Positions 13,870-26,470 of a DNA stretch of 64,000 bases are shown here, piece by piece (the stretch's first letter is position 1; each line of letters opens with the position of its first letter). Source of the stretch: Camelus ferus (lineage: Eukaryota); NCBI RefSeq assembly GCF_009834535.1, contig NC_045697.1, positions 92,754,001-92,818,000 on the forward strand, in the 5' to 3' direction. The position numbers were made by a program, and so were the translations under genes. The notes beneath the pieces are model-generated. The model searched no databases and was not told the origin of the DNA. It worked only from the letters and a program-made list of their open reading frames with translations.

Positions 13870-14070
13870 TTTTCCACATCATTATAAGCCCTGAATGAAT
13901 ATTTACTCATTTGATCATTCCAGCAAATCTATGAAGGTGTTATAAATTATAATATCATCTGATTTTTCATTTATTTCATAGATTTCAGGTAAAATGCCAG
14001 TGCAACATACTTGACATTGATGAATCTAGGATTCAAACCCAGGACATCTGCCTCCACAGGGTGCTTTATG
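13870..14070 (-). mobile_element. MIR fragment
   Basis: actcatttgatcattcc..ctatgaagg and ctaggattcaaacccaggacatctgcctcca. Confidence 0.7.
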
Positions 14071-14146
14071 TATTCCCTATTCCAGTGGCTTTCATCCTTT
14101 TTCAAACGATCCATAGTAAAAAATAAATTCCTTTTATGTAATGATC

Positions 14147-14149
<3 letters not shown>

Positions 14150-14192
<43 letters not shown>

Positions 14193-14258
14193 ACATAAAC
14201 ACACACACGCACACAAACACACACACGCACACAAACACAAACACGCATACACACACAC
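14150..14258 (+). repeat. Compound (CA)n microsatellite with ACGC/AAAC interruptions
   Basis: Direct reading; source of three spurious ORFs. Confidence 0.95.
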
Positions 14259-14539
14259 GTTATCATCCTTACTACTTGGGCTACATTCTGATACTTTACT
14301 ATCTATTTTATTATATCCCATCCCATTCACTACATTTTTAGACGTGCAAATCTTGATCCATTAACAGATCTTAACCTGAATTTTGACAAACATTGCAAAA
14401 TGGTCCCCTACCTCTGCATCAGGGTGTTGATGTGCCAGATAAGGCCCCATTCACTCTCTATGACTGATAATGAATAGGAAAAAAATAAGTAGAACATCCA
14501 GAGTCAAACATAAGTAGTGATTGAATATTGTGAACAGAT

Positions 14540-15060
14540 GTTGCCTTTTTTAAAATGTATGCAATTATCCAATATAAAACTTATCATTTCCTATCCCCAA
14601 ATCCAGCTTATCTTCCTAAATTCCTTAATTTAGTTTAAAAAATTTACCAGTACATAATCATTATTCCAATGACCTTGGCTTACAAGTCCATCATAATCCT
14701 AGTCATTGCCCCTATATCTTAGTTGCAAATTGTTTTTGATACTCTTCCAATCATTCATGCAAATTGGATCTTTTCACTGTGGACTGACAGGCTTAAACTT
14801 TACTTTTTATTTTCTTGTCAAATGTAGTACATCCTAAGAAACATTTGAAAACCTAATCTTTACTTCTTTAATTCATCCTGAGTGATGTTATCAAGTTACT
14901 TAGTGTACTGTTTATTTCACTTCTAATTCCTTAATTTAAGCTAGAATTGCTTATTAGACCTTTATGGTCTGTCTGAAGATCTATCACTTCAACTCTATTG
15001 GCTACTAGTTCTCTATATCCCTGTTAACCATGCGGCTTCCATCACACCGTCTTTTAATTA
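14540..15060 (+). mobile_element. L2 fragment
   Basis: atccaatataaaacttatcatttcctatccccaaa-type pyrimidine-rich L2 ORF2/3' motifs. Confidence 0.5.
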
Positions 15061-16219
15061 TTTATATAGAAAAAAAATTCCTCTATCCTTTATTTGCCAG
15101 TTTATTTTTTCTTTCTTCTATTACTGAATGAACCACAATATCCATGAACATACCCAACAGAAACTGAGGGAATCTGAGATTTGCTCAAGAGATTAATGAA
15201 AAATCACTATGGGTATTTCAGAGCTTTGAACAGGATCTTTGTGTAATAGAGTAGCTATTAGTCATGAGAAATTTACAGCTTTTATGTCAAAAAAAAAAAA
15301 GAAAGAAAGAAAAACTGAAGGAGGAAGAAAGCAGAGGGAATTAATATTTTACATAATAATGTGAAATGGGAATAAGTACTACCAGCTAATAAAACCATAT
15401 AAATAAATTATATTATAGAGATAAACATATAGTGACACATTATTTCAGGTGAGGCATGTTACATGTGTGAAATAAAATTCTAAAGATGAGGAAAATATAT
15501 TCTGCATCAACTCCTGTAGGTTATGGATAATGTTTCCTAAAAGTTGGAGAAAGATTAGAATAAGGAGAATTTTTTGGAGAATCATGGATTCCTCTATAAA
15601 GATCCCGCCTTAAATTCCTCAAAACAAGAATTTATTCTCCTCTCTGTGTGACATGTTCCTATGATTCATTTGTTTTTTGCAATGTTATAGAAATTACAGG
15701 AGACTAAAAGAGAGTGACCTATCTCCTAAAGTGTATTGCTACACCATTATAATTCAATTACATTGAATTTCTTAAAATATATATTGAAAAAAAGGTCAAG
15801 TTCCGCTTTGCATGTTTGCATTTTCACTTTTTGTTCTATTTGTATATTCTGCTCATACATTGCACTGATTATGTGTCAGAAATTCCCCAAAATTCTTTAA
15901 AATATAGATTTAATTCCACTAAATAAAAAATGTCTTTCTATTTTCAAGCAATTTGAGTATATAAAGTTAATTCCTGATTTTCATAATATCATATCCAGTA
16001 TTTAAGTAATATAAAATATGAAGAAATTGGTCTCAGTGTTGCAAATCATGAAAAAATTGGATTTGTAGGATATCAGTGAGACATTTCTACAATCTATTGA
16101 GTAATGTACAGGGTGAGCAGGATTCTAAGTCCCTCCAGAACATGTTACATGTACATGAAAAGTATACATTCTCTCCACTCAAACTGATCAAAGAATGAAA
16201 GAGATTAGATATTTTTACT

Positions 16220-17790
16220 CATTTTAATTGAAAAATTGAAATATAGCTAGCATATAGAAATTGCACAGATCAAAAATGTACAATTAGGAAAATGTTCCCA
16301 AAGTAAACACACTAGGCTAAACATTAAGACATAGAACATTATTTCTTGATGCATCAAGAAATAGAACATTATTCGTAAGTCAGAAGCCCCTTTGTGATCC
16401 TTCTCAGTCACTTTTCCATGACAAATGTAATTGTCATTCTGAATTCTAACATCATAAATTAGTTTGACCACTTTGAATCTTATGTAAAGAGGAATACATA
16501 TGACTTGTTTTCTAAACTGGATCCTTTTGCTCAGTACTGTTTGAAATTCATCCACTGTGAGTGTGTGTATGTGTGTATGTGTATATGCAGTAATAATTTT
16601 GATATTCTTATAACTTTATGAAACTCCACTCTATGTATATACCCCCCTTTATTCGATCAATCAAATTTGGCTCATGGAAATTTGAATTGATTTCAGTTCC
16701 TGACAATTAAAAATGAAATTGCAATAGAGAATGCAGACATAGATCCATAAAATATGCCCAGTTTTTTTTTTTTTTTTGACAAAGCAATTCAATGAAGAAG
16801 GAATAGCCATGTTAATAAATGGTACTAGAACAACTGGACAGCAACAATCAAATAATGAACCTTTACCTAAAGCACCCAGTTTATATAGAAATGAACAAAA
16901 TGGATCATGGTCTTCAACATAAAACTATAAAACTTATAGGAAAAAAAAAAGAAAATCTTTAAAATCTAAATCTTGGCAAAGATTGCTTAGATTTGACCAA
17001 AAACCATGAAACATAAAAGGAAAATTGATAAGTCAAATTCATGGAAATTAAAAATTTTGCTCTGTAACGGGGACCTGTTAGGATGGAAAGACAAATTACA
17101 GACTAGGAGAAAATATTTGCAAGTAATATGTCTAGCAGAGGACTAGTAATAACAATATATAAATAACTCTAAAAACTCAACATTAAAAAAAACAATCCCA
17201 TTTAAGAAGTGAGCAAGATGTGCTGACACTTCATCAAATGGAATATACAGAGAATAAATGAGAACATAAAAATACATTAAACATTACTGACCACTAGAGA
17301 AATGAAAATTAAAACCACAATGAAATATCATTAAATGTATATCAGAGTAGCTAAATTAAAATTAGTGCTAACATGAAACGCTGGTGAGGATGCACAGTCA
17401 TGGGGTCACTAGTACATTGCTGATGGGAATGTAAATCCGCACAGTCACTCTGGAAAACATTTTGTTAGTTGCTTATAAAAGTAAACATATATTTAGTGAA
17501 GATTAATATGACTTCCTGCTATGTATTGCTAGGAATGGAATTGCTGAATCACAGGTGTATGTATGTTAAACTTCAGCAGATGCTGATATTTTTCAAAGTT
17601 AATATAAAAAAATGAAAATTTCACTCTCAATGTGTGCACCGGTTTCTTCACATCCTTGTCAAAAAATGACATTATAGTTTTCATTTTACCCATGGCGGTC
17701 TGTGTGTTGTGACATAACAGTGCAATTTGATTTCTATTTCCCTGATTACCAATGATGCTGAGTGCTTGCTTTTCTTATGTTTATTGATGA
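16220..17790 (-). mobile_element. L1ME-like 3' end (antisense), interrupted by a + strand L1 fragment
   Basis: 16220-16720 (gaaattgcacagatc, tttgaaattcatcca) resumes at ~17500-17790 (ctaggaatggaattgctg, atttccctgattaccaatgatgctgag). Confidence 0.75.
16725..17495 (+). mobile_element. L1 (L1MB/MC-like) ORF2 C-terminal fragment nested in an older L1
   Basis: aataaatggtactagaacaactggaca, ggagaaaatatttgcaa, aaaaccacaatgaaatatca, cacagtcactctggaaaac. Confidence 0.8.
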
Positions 17791-17859
17791 GTACTTTTTT
17801 CTGAAAGCATCACTGACCAAGGCTGAAATTTTCTAGTTTCAGTGGCTTTTTGTTCCTAA

Positions 17860-18503
17860 AGTCAGAAAGGAACTTTTCCTGAGTGTGGTGTCTTATGTTG
17901 GAGGATAAATGCACAGATTTTGGAAACCTATTAAGGTCACATTTGAAAGAAATGAATGCATAGCCTTCAGGGCCTTAAAGGAGAATTTGGTAAGCCCACC
18001 TTTCCTTGGGCTTCCCAATTATCAGATTTCCTTTTTTGTGTGTTTGTTAAAAAAGGAAGGAAATATCCTTGGGGCACTCACTCAGAAACACAAGGCCATC
18101 ATTAACCCATAGAGTATTACAGCCAGGAACTGGATCCTGAGACATAAGAATAACCCTGTGCCTTAGAGTCATTAAAGCCACTGCCTTTTTGGTTAGGACC
18201 ACCAAGAAAATCGTTGTGGAATCTCATTATTAAATTTTTGCACGTCATACAGTAGAAGCTCTCCTGAATTTTCATTAACACTCAGCGTTTCTCAGCCAGC
18301 CACCTCACCTCCTGTAAAGTCCTCTAGTTAAGTGCCCCTCACATAAACATTCTTACATTGTAATAATCTTAACCTGGCTACTTTTCTCCACTCCATCACA
18401 GACAAAACACCTCATGACTCTGTAATGCTAAGAGATCACCTTCTGGCTCCTCATAATGATCTACAGGAAATTCCATTGAGTAACCTGGACTTCTCATGGT
18501 TCT
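17860..18503 (+). mobile_element. Endogenous retrovirus (class I/ERV1) pol remnant: RT connection domain to start of RNase H
   Basis: With frameshifts it translates to AFRALKENLVSPPFLGLPNY...GNILGALTQKH...YYSQELDP...CLRVIKATAFLV...HTVEALL...LNLATFL...PHD...DLQEIPLSNLDFSWF, matching gammaretrovirus-like pol motifs. Confidence 0.88.
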
Positions 18504-18509
18504 GTTCTT

Positions 18510-18960
18510 GTGAATTCCATTTGCAATATTTTTAAAAGGTTCTTGCCGCCATATTCAGAACGGATACCAGTCTCTATTTTTCTCTGTATAACTTCCTAAT
18601 CTAGTTTGGCATCAGGAATATTGTGGTCTTTTAAAAATAATTGAAAATTTGTTTTCTTTTAGTATCTAAGGAAAAAAAGTTTTTGTATGACTATTATCCT
18701 AAAATTATACATTTGGTAGAATTTGAAGGTGAAACCATCTGGGCCTAGATTTTTATTTTTGAAGAGATTTTTAATACCAAGTTTAATTTTTTTGGTATAG
18801 AGCTATTCAGTTTTTCTGTTTCAGCTTGTGTCGATTTTGATAATATGTGAATGTCAGGGAATCTGTCCATTTCAACTAGATTATTAAGGTTATAGACAAA
18901 AATTTTTATAATATTCTCTTTATATTTTTTGAATGTCTCTGGGATATATAATGTTTTACC
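18510..18960 (-). mobile_element. Old L1 ORF2 fragment
   Basis: ggtagaatttgaaggtgaaaccatctgggcct, gctattcagtttttctgtttc, ggaatctgtccatttca. Confidence 0.8.
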
Positions 18961-19982
18961 TCTGTATAAAGCATATCTATTTATTTACTTATTTTGTATT
19001 TTTATTTTTTTCTAGATGATGTTATATTTCTCCCTCAAGAGTTTACACTGTTGTCTGCTAAGCAAGTAGAGTAAATTCATCCCCTTAATTCTTTAGGGAA
19101 TACATGGAGGAGAGTAAGGCATAGTCTACCTATACCTCTGTTTTACCTCAACTGTAACCTTCAGAAATTCTGTGAATCCTTCATGTTCACTGGGGTTCCT
19201 TCTGAGCTACCTTAAATCCTAGGATTGGAGGAGTTCGAAAATTTCTGTTCTGCTTTTAAGAAAAGATTTCTATTTAATATTTTGCTCTTTTCCCTTGGAT
19301 GGCTTCTGGTTGCAGCCTGTGTCTTGTGGGAAAACAGAGCCAGTGACTGACTGAGTTCTCTGTCCTGCTTTTCTCATCAAGATCCTCAATCTTGTAGTTT
19401 CTAATATTGTTTCACAAAACCTCTCAAATCTTTGCTTGTTTCTATGTATATGTTCATATTGGCCCTCAACTATGGGGACTCCGATCCTCAGCCTCTTGTA
19501 CAGAGTACAGACTCGACAAATGTCTTAGGAAAAATGCAGCTGCCAGTGGACAAGATGTCATCTCACTTCTGTATGTTTCACTGTTGGCACCTTGTTTGTG
19601 ATCCTTTCCTTCCAAATCCTGGTTGCTTCTGCTGATGTCTAATGTCTTGAAACGGACAAACAGACAATTAAATATTAAAAACAACATATCTGTATCTGTC
19701 TATCTATTTATTTATCTATCTATCTATCTAGATACACATATATACACAAATAGATATGTATATACACACACACTTTATTTAATTTTTACCTCTGGGAAAT
19801 GCTTAGTTTCTACCTTATGGTACTTATTTGGTGCAATTCTTATTTATTCATAAAACCCCAGTCTAATAACATTAATGTATACTCAGGTATAAAATTTTCT
19901 TGTGATCTGATTACTTTTAGAAGCAAAATTTTAAGTTAATATTTTGATGAATGTGCATTTAGCTTTTGTCTTTTTTGTACAG

Positions 19983-20107
19983 GGTCAAAGTAATGAAAGA
20001 GCGTGTTAAAGACATCCATACATCTACCATTGAAGATATAAAGTACCAAATCAATTCTCATCAGTATTTAGATAAAGAAAACCCTCTGTTTCCTCAGTTG
20101 ATATTAT
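19983..20107 (+). CDS. Putative coding exon A of an unidentified gene (VKVMKERVKDIHTSTIEDIKYQINSHQYLDKENPLFPQLIL)
   Basis: Strong acceptor cttttgtcttttttgtacag|, donor T|gtgagt, one open frame, non-repetitive sequence; ATG at 19993 with G at -3. Confidence 0.6.
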
Positions 20108-20296
20108 GTGAGTCTTTTTATTAGAAACTAATATCTTCATGATTCACTTTGATTCCAGTTTTCACAGACTGGTCAAAGACAATGAATTAATTTTTAGATT
20201 TCAGAATTTATGCTTAGGGCAACTAATGATTTTCAGTAAATTTAGCTATATCTCTTTTCATTATTTGTGCTTTGCCCTTTGTCTCTATTTTCAAAG

Positions 20297-20412
20297 TATT
20301 TGCTACATCCCTGATGTTATAATCAGTGTGATTGTATTTTTATTTACTTTATGGACCTGTATGAGAGCATTTTAAAACAATTTGACATTGGTTACATAGA
20401 GCTAGAAAATGT
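20297..20412 (+). pseudogene. Possible decayed exon B (..YNQCDCIFIYFMDLYESILKQFDIGYIELEN)
   Basis: Long polypyrimidine acceptor ..ctttgtctctattttcaaag|; joining it to exon A needs a 1-nt frameshift near 20315-20318; donor uncertain. Confidence 0.3.
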
Positions 20413-20798
20413 GTATATCTACAATCTCCTGAAAATTAGACTAAGTAAATTTACCCAGATGTCTAACCAGAAAGGATTGCATTACATCATGCAAACTTTC
20501 AACAGAAATGCTCATTTAAAAAATCCAAATCAGAGCATGTTGAAGACAGACTAATTTGGAAACATTTTCCAAATTATCTATATACCAGGGGCAAAATAAT
20601 AGTAAATTTTGATTTGCTTCTTAGAAGTAAATGTTAAAAACCAAGGAAAATAACTGGAAATGGAAAGATGATAAATGTGATTTATATTTTTTAAACAAAT
20701 GAAGGTTATGTCTGTTTTTAAAATAATCATATTAACAAAATTCCATGTAGTATATTTTAATTGGATAATTTGGTCTTTAAGAAAACTATTCTTGGCAG

Positions 20799-20856
20799 GC
20801 TCATAGAAATGTTGTCAAATTTGGCCATCAAAGTAGAAAGAGTTCTTGTTCCCTGG
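20799..20856 (+). pseudogene. Possible exon C (LIEMLSNLAIKVERVLVPW)
   Basis: ttcttggcag| ... TGG|gtattt; ends phase 0, compatible with exon D. Confidence 0.35.
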
Positions 20857-20976
20857 GTATTTCCGACAAGTAGCTTTTCATATCCTTATTATCTTTTTGT
20901 TTGTTTGTTGTTTCTTAACACCCTTAAACACTAATTAATATGGCAGTACATCTACATTTGTTTTTTCCAATAATAG

Positions 20977-21051
20977 GCTTTTGTGGATCCCTGTGGCAAT
21001 TTCTTATTATAAAAAGCTGAAAGTGATGATTCATTTTTATACAAGTTATAT
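20977..21051 (+). pseudogene. Possible exon D with in-frame stop (AFVDPCGNFLL*KAESDDSFLYKLY)
   Basis: tttgttttttccaataatag| ... TAT|gtaata; 75 nt, phase 0-0; TAA at 21010-21012. Confidence 0.4.
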
Positions 21052-21134
21052 GTAATATATTTTAGAAGATGCGAGCTTGTACATGAAGTCCTGACTGAGT
21101 AGAATTTAGCAATCCTTGCTTTGCTTTCTTATTT

Positions 21135-21320
21135 TATAACCATTAGTTGCATGTGGATATTTAAATTAAACTTAATTAAGAGGACTTAGAGTAAAAATTC
21201 AGTTCTGTGTTGCTAGCTACTTTTCAAGTGCTCAGTAACACATTGGAGCTGGCTGTTATTACATGGGATAACATATATATTGAACATTTTGTCATCAGAG
21301 AAAGTTCTATTGGGTAGCAC
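21135..21320. mobile_element. MER3-like hAT-Charlie MITE
   Basis: catgtggatatttaaatt, tttcaagtgctcagta, agaaagttctattgggtagcac. Confidence 0.75.
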
Positions 21321-21545
21321 ATAACTTTATATAATTGATGTTGCAAATTTTCTGTTTAAAATTATGGCTTTGCATGACAACATTGTACAAAATATCATTT
21401 GTCTGCTCCTTCCCTTTATGTATAATTGAGGATTTTTTAGATTAAGAATATATTTATAAATCTTTATATTTCTTTAGCATAGGTACACATATCTACATTT
21501 TAGACATTTATCCTCTTGGGAAGGTTTCAGCATTTATCGGTTTAG

Positions 21546-21692
21546 AATCAGGATATATGCCTAAATATAGTAAATCACTTCCAGTTTATTTATGATAATT
21601 ACGAGATTATGTTGAATAATTTACCTGAGGATGATTTTGTAGTGATTATAAACATATATAGACCTTCTACGGAGCCAAAGCCAAACCGATTT
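21546..21692 (+). CDS. Putative coding exon E (NQDICLNIVNHFQFIYDNYEIMLNNLPEDDFVVIINIYRPSTEPKPNRF)
   Basis: 49 open codons between tttag| and TTT|gtatga, phase 0-0, several CpGs retained; an alternative in-frame acceptor (exon start 21504) adds TFILLGRFQHLSV*. Confidence 0.5.
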
Positions 21693-22026
21693 GTATGATG
21701 TTTTCTTAACAATTTCCCAACAATTTCCCATTCAGATATCTAGTGAGTACAATATACAAGGCTTTTTTTTCCTGTCTGTATTACACTGATAGAAGATTCA
21801 TCATTTTCATCATTCACTCACTCAGCCATTTATTCAATCCAAAATGTTTTGAAAGCCACTGAAAAAGCATTTTAAGGGGCATAAATATTAAGTCAGATAT
21901 TGACTATATCTTAGAAATTTTATAATCCTATACACATGTTAAGATATGTGAACATACACAGACATACAGAGACACAGAATTGAAAGTAGGAAGAGTTAAG
22001 TGCCATAGAAAGAGTATGTAAAAGAT

Positions 22027-22070
<44 letters not shown>
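22027..22070 (+). repeat. (GATA)n tetranucleotide microsatellite
   Basis: ~11 perfect TAGA units. Confidence 0.97.
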
Positions 22071-22071
<1 letters not shown>

Positions 22072-22869
22072 TCACAAACATACACCTGAGATATATATGT
22101 ATAATATATATCTTAGCACATTGCCTGGCACAAGAAAAACTCCAAATAAATTTTACTCTTATTACTTGGGTTACAGATTGAGAACTCAAAGATGAGAAGT
22201 TTATTTGGAGGTGTGTAACATGACAGTCTTGTAGATTAAAAGAGCTGATTTGAGCTAGGTACCCAAGAAGATGTTCACCAGTTTATTAAAAATTGATCAA
22301 TGACAGTGAGATGAGAAAATGCAATAAATCTATGGGAATACTAAATAATACATTTTATCCATTCAAGGTAAGGGCTCTAATGGACAATAAAATATCAGTT
22401 GGAACAACACTAAAATTTACGTCTTTATGATATTAGTAAGATAAAAGAGGCTTGATTTGTGTTTAATTAAATTCTTCAAATGAAACAACCAATTGCTATT
22501 AATTCCAACAGACCTCTTCTTGGTATATGTCTAGGAAGCATAGGAAAAAATTCATCATCTTCTTCCCTACCCTTATTTTTCATTATGTGTCTCCTACTTA
22601 GTGGTTTAAGACAGAAACTCAGAAGTTATTTTACATTCTTTCTTATCCTTCATTCTTAATGTGACATTAATCTTCAAGTCTTATTGCATCTATGTTCTAA
22701 ACCTCTCTGGAATCTGTCTTGTCCCCTTCATCCTCACTGCCTTTATTTTACATACATCTTTTGTTCTGTTACCCCCAACTACCAGCAGAGAGCTCAGACT
22801 TCTAAACAAGACTTCCAACCTCTAGCGTGCCTTCAGTTGAATATATCAGGTAAACAGATTTTGCGATGT

Positions 22870-23463
22870 CTACTCTGCTCTACCACAGCAGTGGACTTGG
22901 GTTTGGATTAACAAACCCTTGAGAAACAGTAGGCTTCTCCCAGCCACAAGTTTATTTTTGAATAATGCAAGATAAACAACATCATTTTCAGAGCAGTAAA
23001 TAGCAGAGAAGAGTGCCCATGTCTTCCAGTTTTAGACACAGCTTTGATTACCCAGTCACTCCAGATTGGGGCATGCGTACTAACGCATGACTGGGCTGGG
23101 TAAACACAAACTATTTCAGCCCAAAGAAGTCATCATTTTGGGGGTTCTTTTCATCTCTCATAATAAGCTAGTCATTCTCCCCTCCAGGGGTGGTGGATTA
23201 ATTCTTATTCTTTAGTTCAGATGCATCTTATTCTCAGTTCTGTTCGTTTCCTACCAAATAAATTATCTTTATAAAAAGGCACACATGCTTGATCTTTAGA
23301 AAATAGTCCTTGACTAGAGCCTCAAATATTTTCAGTCTTATATGTCCACCCTCTTATAAATTCCTTGTTATTTATACAAGAAGAATTCAACCATAGGTCA
23401 AAGTTGTAGGCATTCTTGAGGCTAGGAAAGGGCACAGAAACAGCTGTTAATCCTTCACTTACA
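22870..23463 (-). mobile_element. Probable solo LTR inserted in an L2
   Basis: Ends ..cacttaca (TGTAAG start on - strand); tttatt (AATAAA on -) near 22950; L2-like sequence on both sides (22560-22860, 23500-23880). Confidence 0.5.
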
Positions 23464-23902
23464 AATCTAAAACAAAACAAAACAAAACACCTAATTGTGT
23501 GTCATCAATTCCATATTAACCTTTCAAATGTTTCTCGCTGCCTACGGTATAAGACCCCTCAGCATATTATACAAAGCTGATTATTGTTCCAGCTTTATTT
23601 CAAACCAATATACAGGCTTTTCTTCATCACCCTTATCCAGACCTTCTGTGCTTCAGACATTTGGAATCAGTTTTCCCTCTTAACAGTAGATCTTTGCACG
23701 AATGCATTTTCTCTTGAAGTGTCATCCTCTTTCATTTGTAAATCCAATTATTATCCCTCACCCAACTACTTACCCTAATTCTTACCAGAATGGGATTAAT
23801 GCTGTCTTTTGCTTTCCCCATGGCACTCCATACTTACTTTTATTGTAACAATTATCACTGTATTGCAAAATTTATTAACACATGATTCAAAACATTACTT
23901 TA

Positions 23903-24579
23903 TTTTTTTAACATTTTTATTGATTTATAATCATTTTACAATGTTGTGTCAAATTCCAGTGTAGAGCACAATTTTTCAATTACACATGAACATATATATA
24001 TTCATTGTCACATTCCTTTCTCTGTGAGCTACCATCAGATCTTGTGTATATTTCCCTGTGCTATACAGTATAATCTTGTTTCTCTATTCTACATTTTGAA
24101 ATCCCAGTCTATCTCTTCCCACCCCCCTACCCCCTTGGCAACCACAAGTCTGTATTCTATGTCTATGAGTCTATTTCTATTCTGTATTTATGCTTTTTTG
24201 TTTGTTTGTTTGTTTTTTGTTTTAGATTCCACATATGAGCGATCTCATATGGTATTTTTCTTTCTCTTTCTGGCTTACTTAACTTAGAATGACATTTTCC
24301 TGGAGCATCCATGTTGCTGCAAATGGCATTATGTTGTCAGTTTTTATGGCTGAGTAGTATTCCATTGTATAAATATACTGCTTCTTCTTTATCCAGTCAT
24401 CTGTTGATGGACATTTAGGCTGTTTCCATGTCTTGGCTATTGCGAATAATGCTGCTATGAACATTGGGGTGCATGTGTCATCCTGAAGTAGAGTTCCTTC
24501 TGGATATAAGCCCAGGAGCGGGATTCCTGGGTCATATGGTAAGTCTATTCCTAGTCCTTTGAGGAATCTCCATACTGTT
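23903..24579 (-). mobile_element. Young 5'-truncated L1 (ORF2 C-terminus + 3' UTR) with 14-bp TSD
   Basis: TSD AAAACATTACTTTA at 23889-23902 and 24580-24593; ORF MFIAALFAIAKTWKQPKCPSTDDWIKK..YTMEYYSAIK is the L1 ORF2 C-terminus. Confidence 0.95.
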
Positions 24580-24931
24580 AAAACATTACTTTAAAGTCAC
24601 GTCGTATTGTTTAAGATAGTGGAAAATAATGAGCAGTTCCCAATTTCTTCTCTTCTCTAAGTAATGGCCAGAGTGGTACTATGATTAAACTTTAGGAATT
24701 ATAAATTGACTAGATATCTAGGAACCCTCCCTGACAGCAGAGATGGAAGAACCAAGCAACTCAAAAGGTATCTTTTCTCACTCTCTTTAAAGAAAATGTT
24801 CATGAGCATCCAGTGGTTTTCCGATAGTCGCTCAGGTAATCATTTCCTGTCTTACTTAAATGTCCTTTTTCTCACATGAACAGAAAACAGATAACATATC
24901 ATGATATGAGAATCTTAGGTTTACTTTTTAG

Positions 24932-25030
24932 TGTACTCCTGTGAGTTCACTGTTAAGAACAGTTTGCCAAAGGATCAGCCTCTTGGTTTATTCCCAAGTA
25001 TTCTTATGGATTCATTCAAAGTATACCGAA
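24932..25030 (+). CDS. Putative coding exon F (99 nt; CTPVSSLLRTVCQRISLLVYSQVFLWIHSKYTE or YSCEFTVKNSLPKDQPLGLFPSILMDSFKVYR)
   Basis: tttactttttag| ... GAA|gtaagt consensus donor; length divisible by 3; open in two forward frames. Confidence 0.55.
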
Positions 25031-26099
25031 GTAAGTATTGTAGAGTCAATAATTTGTCTATTTTCTGGTTGTATAGAAGTCTAAGGTTGTGTTTACACTC
25101 AAATAGACAAAAAAAACTGATATTCTGTACCATGAAAGAGATCAAATGCATATTGTATATGGTATAGAGCAAGAGATGGCCAAGGTTATTTGTTAATAAG
25201 ACTTTTTCACTCTTAAGGTTAAGAGATGCTTCTGATACTGGCCTAGATTTCTTTTCTTCTTGAAACATCTTTGGATTACTCAACCATATGGTATCTTCCC
25301 AGCTGCTAACAACCCTTAATCCCAAATGCAAGAGACCACACATTGGCCCAGACTATGTTCTTCCAAAAGAGCTATTTTTTTCTGCATATACTGTGATTCC
25401 AGAATTCATCAATGTCCATAATATTTTTTCACTTAATGCAAATTCTACATATTTCTACCTTGAACAAGATAGTGGTTTAGTGGGAAGTGAAGACTTCAGG
25501 TTTCATCATCGGTCACTTTAATACCAGTAAATGTGACATTTTATCTGAAAAATGCTATTCTAATTCTAATTTTCATCTCTTACATTTTGAATCATGGTCA
25601 CGAGAAATATGGAATCTAATAATGTTGGGCTAATACACTAGTGCAACCACTGTATTCACATTCTTTGGGGATTTATTTTCCAGATTTTCTTCCTTCATGT
25701 AACCACTATTTAGTCATTTTCCTGTGTATTAAAAGTGTCTGTTCATATGTTCAAATTAGCTCTCTCCATGCTAGTGTAGAGTTTCCCAAACTGAACAACT
25801 TACAGTGTCATAAAACTTTAAATGCTTATCTCCAGCAGGATTGATCTCATTAAAATAGTGGTAAAAGAAAAATAAATGTCTTGAAAATTTTTTCTGCTGC
25901 TGTGCATTTCAGTCACATATAAATAAGATTGTGAAATGTGTTATGAAATGTATAAAACTAGTTTCAAGGATGTATTAAACTAAAATACAGGTAGGTTGCC
26001 TCAATGTAAATGGTAGGCAATAGAAAAAATTGTTTTCTACTGACTTTAAGTTTAGTTTGTGCTTCCTTTTCTAGCTTACTATGATAGCTAATTGATTCT

Positions 26100-26300
26100 A
26101 GACATTCTTTTTTAAATAAAAGCTTTTAAAGCTCTACATTTCTCTATAAATACTGCTTTAGCTAAGTCCCACAGATTTGGTTATTTTTTTGTTCAGTGTG
26201 ATTTAGTTCAAAAAATTTATAAATTACCCTGAGATTTCTTTTATTTAAAAAACCATGACTATTTAGAAGTATATTACTTAATTCAAAATATATGAAGTTT
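26100..26300 (-). mobile_element. Old L1 fragment
   Basis: atttctctataaatactgctttagctaagtcccacagattt and gactatttagaagt motifs. Confidence 0.7.
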
Positions 26301-26470
26301 AAGATTTCAATTCAGATTAGTCATATTTCAGTGTTCAACAGCCACAGATACTGATAGCTAGCATATTAGAAAATGTAGGTAAAGGACATCTGTATAAAAT
26401 ATGGGTAGTCCTTAATATCTCAAATTGGGTTCTCAAATAATTTGTCTTTATTTCTGCATTCTCATAAGGG

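Noticed and set aside
13971..14364. Three ORFs of 66-119 aa with HTHT/CVCV runs
   Set aside because: Translations of the (CA)n microsatellite
24279..24464. ORF with a well-known protein motif
   Set aside because: It is the L1 ORF2 C-terminus, not a host gene
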